A stretch of 64,000 nt of DNA from Candidatus Omnitrophota bacterium. Its GTDB lineage: Bacteria; Omnitrophota; Omnitrophia; Omnitrophales; Aquincolibacteriaceae. Location of the stretch: positions 1-64,000 of the forward strand of contig JAZDJU010000072.1 in assembly GCA_043803685.1 (NCBI GenBank). Direction: 5' to 3'. Positions within the stretch are counted from its first letter, which is position 1, and every line of letters begins with the position of its first letter. The position numbers and the translations under genes are program-made. The notes under the pieces were generated by a model, which saw only the letters and a list, made by a program, of their open reading frames with translations, did no database searches and was not told the DNA's origin. Of the stretch, positions 59,801-64,000 are shown in pieces.

Positions 59801-62800
59801 CCTTACGGCTGGTATCAATTTCGTTATAACAGTTTAAGTGGACCCACCCTTGGGATGGTTGCCGGGAATTATACGCAGCCGGTCAGCCTTGGGGCCTATG
59901 ATTTTATCCAGGTGACGCTTGAGCAGGATCCGGGCATGACGTGGAACCAGGATTTTAATTTTGTTTTGAAAACTCCGACCCGGCAGACCTTGTATACATT
60001 TGAACTCAATAACGCGCCGAACCAGTATCAATCCTTTGGGTTTTCATTGGCGGGGAAGTCCGGGAGCGAAGGGGAGATCACGCTCGAAGTGGTCCGCGAA
60101 GCTGGCGGCGTCGGGAAGACCGGGCAGGTTAACATTAAGGATATTTCCTATCTCGCGATCAAGAGCCTCGATCATCCACTTTGGGAAAATGATGTTTCTA
60201 TCAATGCTACGGAGCTCCAGGGATTGAAGATCGAGGCGGATACTTATACGGATATCGGCGTGGAAATAGCGTCACACGTCCCACTCTCTTATGACAAGCT
60301 TGTTCCGCTTTTGGATATGCCCTCTTCGGTCTCTTATTCGGACAAAGATTCGACGCATCTCGGCCAGCTCACAGGCTTCAGGCGTTTTGACGGCGCCGAA
60401 GTGAGTGTGAGCGGTTCCGATGTCACGAAAGTGGTCCTTCCCGACGGGACGGTGAATGAATATTCCCAACAAGGGAACGTCTCTCAAGGAACGATCAAGG
60501 ATGGCTCCGGATCCGGCGCCGCGGTGGGCAGTCTCAATTACCACTATGGCGAGCTTCGAAAGATCACCCAATCCGACGGCAAGGTCTATGAGCTGAGTTA
60601 TGAATTCGATGCCCAGGGTGACCCGATCACGCTCATCAAAGACGATCTGACGGGGGACGTCCGCCGGTTTAAAGACGGAAAACTCATCGAATCCATATCG
60701 AGCGGCGGCGTGAGTACGACTTATGAGTACCAGAACGGAGAATTGATCGGCGCGGAGCTTTTCTATAAAAATCGGGTGCTTCAAAGTTCTAGCTATCAAT
60801 TCATAGGCGATGAAACACAGGTCACGGATGCCAAGGGTACAACGTGGTATTACGATGCGAATGGGAACCTGAAGAAGCATCTCACAAAAGACGGCTATCT
60901 TTATGCCTATTCGGATTATTCCGCGACACCTCAAGATCTTCCCGAGATGCCGCAGGATTTCAAGTCGGCGAATGTTTTTAACGCGACCGATCTTCGCGCT
61001 GTGAGTCTGATCGGTTATGAGGCCAAGGACGGTATGCAGGTCAGACAAGGGGATGAAGGTCTTGTGGAAATCCTTTCTCCTGCTGGGGACAAGGCCGTCA
61101 ACGTTGTCTTGGATGATGACCGGAAGATCAAAAGCGGGCAGATCCAATTCGCAAATGGATTGATCCTCAGGATCGAGAATTATCTTCCCGTGGGAGGTCG
61201 ATTGACGGATGGAATTCTGTTTTCGGCGAATTTTCCAACGGGGAATGGGAAGGTCACTCTTCTGCAGGACTCCACGGGTGCCTATACCGGTAGCATGTTC
61301 GAGAAGAACGGAACTTATTACAGCTATGATGCTTATGGTTTTCTGACGAAGATATCTTCCCCGAATGGCGAGTCCCAGCAATTCACCTACTTTCTGGAGG
61401 CCTCCGCAAGCGACGCCTATGGCGTGTTGAATCGTCAACAGGTCGCGTTTAACGGCGTTCCTTTTCCTGAAGAAATGACAATCCAGGCGGGGAATGATCT
61501 TGTCTTGAGCGGGGTGAGCGGTGTTTTGGCGAAGCGCGAGGGCGACACCGGTTTTATTATTAGCGCGTATGATGATTCCTTGAACCAGTGGAAAGTCCTT
61601 TCCGGAAAATTCTCTTCAGACGGTGATCGCATTCTTATGAGAAACTTTCTTAAGAACCTCAAGCCCGGACAATATGTTGCTGTTGCGGTCAAAGATCCCG
61701 ATTTTTCAAGAGCCGGAGAAGATATCCTGGCGCTTTTAGAGGGGATCGGATCCGGACAGGTTCGGACGGCCAGCGCCGGGAATCAAACCTGGTGTTTGTT
61801 CGGAAATGAATATTTGAAAAAGGGCGAAGGCCGGGAACAGGCCGGAGGAAGTTCTTTCTCAACCGTCACGGAAGAAAAAATATTTTCCGTTCTCGCTGAG
61901 GGAAGCAATCCCGTTTATAACAGAATGAATATGTTTTTGTCCGTGCCGAAAACAGCGGCGGACGCCTACGCATCATTCCTGAAGGCTTACGAGCCTAACA
62001 AACCCAAAGGGGACCTTGAGGAGATCACGGTTTACAGCAAAGAAAACCAGATCGTTTATTCTGAGAGCGTGAACGGCGTCCGTACGTTCTATGACAAAGG
62101 AAAGCCGCGCGAAACGTACACAAGTGACGGGGAGCTTCTCTATACGCACGAATACGGTTGTCCCAATGGTGGGTGCCCGGACCCGAACGATCCCTATCTG
62201 GCAAGAGTGACGCTTGTCAAAGCCCGTCTTGATTTTGAGACGGAATCCGCGAAGGCGCATCAGCAGATCGAACAGGTCAAATTTGACGCGCTTCACCAAC
62301 TTGCGGAACAAGAAGAGGTCGCTCAGGCCGGCATTAAACAGGAAGTCTCTAACAGCATTGCCGTGCTTGATGCCTATATCAGTCAGCTGCAGTCCCAGCG
62401 CTATCGGAGCGTAAAGGTCTGCAAAAGCGCCTTTTTGGGATTCGGGAAAAAGTGTCATGAAGAACAATATGATGTCCCGGGGATTGCCGGCATGATCAGC
62501 GAAGCGCAAAATCAAAAGGTGGAGCTTCTCCAGAATATCCAGCCCGGGCAGATCGCGACGATTCCCACGTTGATCGCGCAAAAAAAACTCGAGATCGAAG
62601 CCGCGACTACTCAAAAAATGACGGATCTCGCCGCGCAGGAAGCGTCCGTTCTTCACGATATTTATGAACGGGAAACAGCGCCGGTTCTTTCCGACATTTA
62701 CAGACGCTTGCTGGGCCGGGACCCTTCCAAAGAGGAGGTCTCCTCCGAGATCGCGCGATTCGGGACGATACAGGCGGTCGATCTGAACCGGACCGTTACA

Positions 62801-64000
62801 GAGATCAAGAGCTCGAATGAATTTCAATCCAAGACCAACGACAAAGCCGCGATCATCAACCAGGTTCAGACATTCCTTAACTCGTATGTCGCAACTGCCC
62901 ATGATCCGGCCGCACGTGCTGCTCTTGCGCAGTCCCTTCGGCTCGATCCCTCCGAGATCGTGGATCTCCGCCAGGAAGAGGTGACGGCGATCATCGGTTG
63001 GCTCGAGGCTCGGGATCTTCATTTCGGGCAGTCCGCATTTCTGTCACTCAAAAGCATGCTTTTCTCCCGCGGGATCGATGTGCCCATGGTGACGCTTGGG
63101 GTTGAAACCGTGCTTGTGGATATTCTCACCGGCACGATCAACAAGTTTACTGAAGGGGATCTTGTGCTTTCTGTATTTTCATTTCAACGTGCGGCAAAAA
63201 TCCACGGAGCGGACATTACCGGGGTCCGCTACGCTTTAAGCGACCTTAAGGCGCTTTATCAATCAGTCTGTGGTTTGTTGTCTGTGGACTGTGGTCTAAG
63301 AATGATCGCGCATGTAGCGGGAAACCACTTTGTGGTGATCACGGCTGTGACGGCAGAGGGCATCACCTATTTTGAGACCAATCAAGGCCATGCCGGTGAG
63401 CTTGTTAACGGGACTTATGATCAATTCATGAAAGTTTGGGATACGGGGAACGGGACAGGGCATCTTGTGGTTTTTAAGGATCAGGCCATTACGGCCAAGG
63501 TGATCCATGATCAAACAGCGATGAAACTCCGGGGAGCATTTTTCCCTTTGGTATGGCTTGCCTGGCTTGCGGTCGCTTCGTTTGTTCTGTCGGTGGCAAG
63601 CGTTGTCGTGTCTTATATTAGTCCGACTCTTGGCAAGATCCTGGGGTATGCGGCCATGGTGGTCGGGATCGTTGCGATCGCGGCGAGCGTTGTGAATTTC
63701 GCGGTCCAGGGATTTAGCATGGCGCTTAATTCCATTAATAGCGTCGGGTTCTTGCAGTCGGTCCAGAACGGATTTACGATGCTAGGGAATGCGATCTGGG
63801 AAGGAGTGGCGCATGTCGGCCAGTTCCTGAAGCAAGGGTTTACGTTCCTTGCGGATGCTTTTACGGGAAATTTCAGCGGTTTGGGTGCCGGGATCACACA
63901 GATCGGCAAATTTTCGATGGACGGCGTAAAGGTCATGTTGGATTCCTCCGGCGTGCTTGTGAAACAAAACCTGACTTTCGGGCAAATGGTGGGCCGGAGC
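50852..64000 (+). CDS. Giant exported multidomain protein, at least 4383 aa, 3'-truncated by the window end (absent from the ORF track)
   Basis: ATG 50852 after GAGGA; my translation is continuous from MNFNCSCPHKFTALFVAFVFGWNQILWA to KQNLTFGQMVGRS; the track lists no + strand ORF in this frame here, consistent with no stop. Confidence 0.93.
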   Translation, partial: MNFNCSCPHKFTALFVAFVFGWNQILWAGEILPKDYVVPSTQLFATTPVTGTIQAITTPPVKTFTTTDFLSNEQGPLSPSTPAANDITHYDYERYDFQDALDLLRPEFSTAVIVKKITVEDLRKLAELPFETGVIVLHGEIVLFTSGGKSELGILSAASQLIKKATFVSHTHTGGSLVTGPSEFDLAHAGDQEYVITEEGVYAYDRTGLLNNGDVCSYGTYIEKLNWAVKNAMPEKDQVEARKDLNAFIADQDLYNASSDRKVFRSAEPPAVSGTTYSASAITALSSTPLASASLKTTLPGQSANGTNNFVQYDSTKFSFEYSLPVEPETVIDADSENDDFAVGQISWGYFNSSNVFVGSGANVGSPLVMALRADHVMRAKVEVVDTTGAKAQFWADLSTGYQNFSFDVSGLNESSIASVTVVSDVAHGGTSGKIYVITNGLSYTPVVAGTTYSASAITTLPWAPAATSSLGTTSAGQSANGTNNFVQYDSTKYSFQYSLPVEPETVIDADSENDDFAVGQISWGYFDSSNVFQGTAGNVGSPLLMALRADHVMRVKVEVVDTTGAKSQFWADLSTGYQNYSFDISALNESSIASVSVVSDVEHGGTAGKIYVITNALSYTPVVAGTVYNLANISRFFASPVVGSSHGTTVASDTATVTATQTSSTMFNVNSQVNVAGEYTTSTIGWGSFNSSNVFVGTGETLANTVMFALNGTAGKKLKVEFVNTSGVKKSFWVTPATTHQNYAFDITGLGTVGMINFVSSEVGTTAYTVETKGLAFTPPVQYFYDSAGNLIQKIVSTYYDNKKPATVDDYRYSNGLQTFLYQTTYDSAGLKTSYKSTTYHTDGKTVKIFTAYFFSAGVKTGYNQATFSAAGVKTQDSAVTYYPNGTTVKTSESRPFVNGVPTNYYQIQYDSSGLMIGSSSTAYYPDGRTVKSSQEDYYEVGVRTSKKSSSYTISGVKTQDWNVTYDSNGTTVKTIDDIRYGNNLRTYLYQTVNDFAGVKTHYIMTTYHPDGQTAKVVKDEYYAGAVRAGYNQATYSTTGVKTQDSAVTYYPNGTTMKTSESRPFVNGVPTNYYQIQYDPAGLKTGSTSTAYYSDGKTVKSFQEDFYENGVRTRKYCTDYNTAGLRTHLLIQVYYTDGKTKTSDDYDYTGSRLIKRILKEYSSAGIETSSLTENYPPQILTNTSGYAVRYTADGNSYEETISLTEGLNAVQKTVNGYNGTPVLIEWKITLDTVPPEILFTSPSVTNQKNYTLTYTADGIAKTKVFADLEEGVNALSIAEVDPSGNQTIANWNVTVDTIAPIGAITINGGALYTSSKEVALDLSGADTGSGVNQMRFTIDSGTTWTAWESFAATKGLTLAGADGDKVIQYQLRDQVGNLSQVYSDSIALKTIPVIQFTSATAVTNSEYLLTYTVNGTAQSERWQLSAGVNPILVRVPGDFSTFVRLDVTLNQPDMTLPAMPVLPTLPEGLISVTAQNGLIIKYDGSTIVSVENPGEYQLYLPQFDVNGTLTDGVFQFSNGDKLLYQNSKPVLKITSSGEKTLYGSTGIVNSVIEPDGSRIWFSYRVDDQGQVLSVLSRDASATSLYEGGIPSRILMQDGSDIRYEDGLLSSYRDATGNLYQYQIVELRSSGTITGYRSILSDVTPAGSASPIPFSAISADLSQYPAIQSTLGNKISTEIDYDANSKMTKFISGKGEVLTLHNQLPEYLTDSSGNLKLFESTVNSAGTLSSVALTQNSVPSQVFDASGNIRSIALSDGTVFQVTDHKLGAVTLSDGSVLTDLRWNASTQIMTDYVRTYTDGTKSIYANSHMVRKEEPNGNITSYIDLNGVDQPDLMTTADGRTYHFITFQNAQGLWDRKTELVKMTLSDGSRVEFENGKPVRYIKSEQVQLDPLSVPMLSSDRSYVASVILSNAELRSLTIDSAGTILSGEILFNDGTQYFIENGALVKQITADGKIVEVETTVPLSFEKSMPVKPEPLTPAEVDYRNELIDAQFRYFTDPLGIDADSGMPVDHYLSDTHQQSSYSQATLVGFWAEILATIARGDYAPSSLGRAQAFQKLESLLAELQKVQSQAGWNGMFSFFGISKQTQPVYDQSGNQTGTKLVVSYSRQFDNIGIGDNLNLSVSLASVVGALSGITLEDPTLSSQRDAIVTRIHSILSLQDAGYAKFYDTSANQFYSVRKFDSNGDSAFDSGHMDRVFNEFLPGLVWLAARNPSYKPALDNLDVTIRPYTTRDGTRIENAVPFDGGAFQMFWPLMHVDETKYPEFNVALSNFLYSQAEFVSQNGIPGLLSAGDDPGNGYNGKIGLTSASETDDPLSTSVGSLYGTAGAFLLAPHYTLQFLKNIEAKFPGVRTNSGLVDSIALRNGQAVYSKQAFGVDQASFILSLLGTSQNYFTQYLRQKGLEDQFDALYKGMSFNLAPAIAQNPPPPNFDLSTPALYSGIHQQPDGLANALTKRSSFIPMIVDPELGEGRIYDYLDPEGNFHHTEIEFGTGRDLKKMPLAQYLLLPGRGDMSRLLFSAVSLDLLNEATTQGAFYTPSYGYANSSLATDPIGEVRHIDFNLQRISSPVGLYATYNNRDLSQYDYISVPVRLGSNAPEGVSLKFEFAGMGEVFVTGALTRDWQYVQIPVSKPAGLLQKIAVVIQSPDGKAVSGDVYLGPLSAFKVRTSNQMDWQAMLGKSDSEIRSFLKSKISRQSTGGGVMEADEVLEDFKLDSDGKLVDGVLKRADGSIQYFRNGQLMKWVFRNGRTVLFEKGLATFILDLAQGKLQEGRFYYDSTFRGEIQSFVMQDNDSKKIYGSDGKLQTVVKNGWITHFKDGKIDSIALSESTLTRLVFAEDQSLLRAHVKMNDGREFDIDQGGEQAVVRPNGAKVYYKGSRIVGIETSQNGRTDFTYATNSSGQLTGVTASFHETVMDSLGHSSIALRTMSLFEYLLRPERSLEKQEILREPPQQILPIANIAGFSVGYLPSGEITNGQKFYQDGVPYGWYQFRYNSLSGPTLGMVAGNYTQPVSLGAYDFIQVTLEQDPGMTWNQDFNFVLKTPTRQTLYTFELNNAPNQYQSFGFSLAGKSGSEGEITLEVVREAGGVGKTGQVNIKDISYLAIKSLDHPLWENDVSINATELQGLKIEADTYTDIGVEIASHVPLSYDKLVPLLDMPSSVSYSDKDSTHLGQLTGFRRFDGAEVSVSGSDVTKVVLPDGTVNEYSQQGNVSQGTIKDGSGSGAAVGSLNYHYGELRKITQSDGKVYELSYEFDAQGDPITLIKDDLTGDVRRFKDGKLIESISSGGVSTTYEYQNGELIGAELFYKNRVLQSSSYQFIGDETQVTDAKGTTWYYDANGNLKKHLTKDGYLYAYSDYSATPQDLPEMPQDFKSANVFNATDLRAVSLIGYEAKDGMQVRQGDEGLVEILSPAGDKAVNVVLDDDRKIKSGQIQFANGLILRIENYLPVGGRLTDGILFSANFPTGNGKVTLLQDSTGAYTGSMFEKNGTYYSYDAYGFLTKISSPNGESQQFTYFLEASASDAYGVLNRQQVAFNGVPFPEEMTIQAGNDLVLSGVSGVLAKREGDTGFIISAYDDSLNQWKVLSGKFSSDGDRILMRNFLKNLKPGQYVAVAVKDPDFSRAGEDILALLEGIGSGQVRTASAGNQTWCLFGNEYLKKGEGREQAGGSSFSTVTEEKIFSVLAEGSNPVYNRMNMFLSVPKTAADAYASFLKAYEPNKPKGDLEEITVYSKENQIVYSESVNGVRTFYDKGKPRETYTSDGELLYTHEYGCPNGGCPDPNDPYLARVTLVKARLDFETESAKAHQQIEQVKFDALHQLAEQEEVAQAGIKQEVSNSIAVLDAYISQLQSQRYRSVKVCKSAFLGFGKKCHEEQYDVPGIAGMISEAQNQKVELLQNIQPGQIATIPTLIAQKKLEIEAATTQKMTDLAAQEASVLHDIYERETAPVLSDIYRRLLGRDPSKEEVSSEIARFGTIQAVDLNRTVTEIKSSNEFQSKTNDKAAIINQVQTFLNSYVATAHDPAARAALAQSLRLDPSEIVDLRQEEVTAIIGWLEARDLHFGQSAFLSLKSMLFSRGIDVPMVTLGVETVLVDILTGTINKFTEGDLVLSVFSFQRAAKIHGADITGVRYALSDLKALYQSVCGLLSVDCGLRMIAHVAGNHFVVITAVTAEGITYFETNQGHAGELVNGTYDQFMKVWDTGNGTGHLVVFKDQAITAKVIHDQTAMKLRGAFFPLVWLAWLAVASFVLSVASVVVSYISPTLGKILGYAAMVVGIVAIAASVVNFAVQGFSMALNSINSVGFLQSVQNGFTMLGNAIWEGVAHVGQFLKQGFTFLADAFTGNFSGLGAGITQIGKFSMDGVKVMLDSSGVLVKQNLTFGQMVGRS
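51672..53195 (+). repeat. Internal 528-bp (176-aa) modules of the giant gene: two near-identical copies and one diverged copy
   Basis: cagagtgccaacgggacgaacaattt at 51755 and 52283. Confidence 0.9.
53200..54380 (+). repeat. Tyr/Thr/Gly-rich YD/MORN-like repeats with a 504-bp duplication
   Basis: VKTQDSAVTYYPNGTT.KTSESRPFVNGVPTNYYQIQYD encoded at 53471 and 53975. Confidence 0.85.

Noticed and set aside
50869..63985. The many short ORFs listed in this region, which make it look non-coding or fragmented
   Set aside because: All are off-frame or antisense shadows of the single giant ORF from 50852

Overview
A 64-kb window of bacterial chromosome, almost all + strand and GC-rich. It comes from a diderm; Ca. 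Omnitrophota/PVC-like affinity is my inference from gene content. Bases 1-18.6 kb hold housekeeping genes: ruvB, cdaA-cdaR, pdxJ, nnrD, a divergent efp, lemA/TPM genes, malQ and dsbA-like/doxX-like genes. Bases 18.8-23.4 kb are a tRNA-Pro(GGG) hotspot with duplicated tRNA fragments interrupted by hairpin inserts, flanking accessory membrane-protein genes; no integrase is present. A 1550-aa coiled-coil protein with exact 516-bp repeats follows at 23.6-28.2 kb. Bases 29.9-37.3 kb are an accessory cluster of exported amide hydrolases, DUF2092 and two outer-membrane barrel-like proteins. Bases 37.6-49.8 kb carry murB, an ECF sigma/anti-sigma/Spy module with two matching ECF promoters, hrcA-grpE-dnaJ, gpsA and fadL. 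The main feature is missing from the ORF track because it has no stop inside the window: a giant ORF from ATG 50852 past base 64000 (at least 4383 aa). It has a signal peptide, a JAMM-like motif, duplicated beta modules, YD/MORN-like repeats, Ig-like domains, a glucoamylase-like domain, CBM-like and ILEI-like domains, and a Cys-less C39-like domain followed by a double-glycine-type site and hydrophobic helices. A family of 7-bp-period repeat arrays occupies several gene junctions. Domain calls are by-eye motif recognition, not database results.
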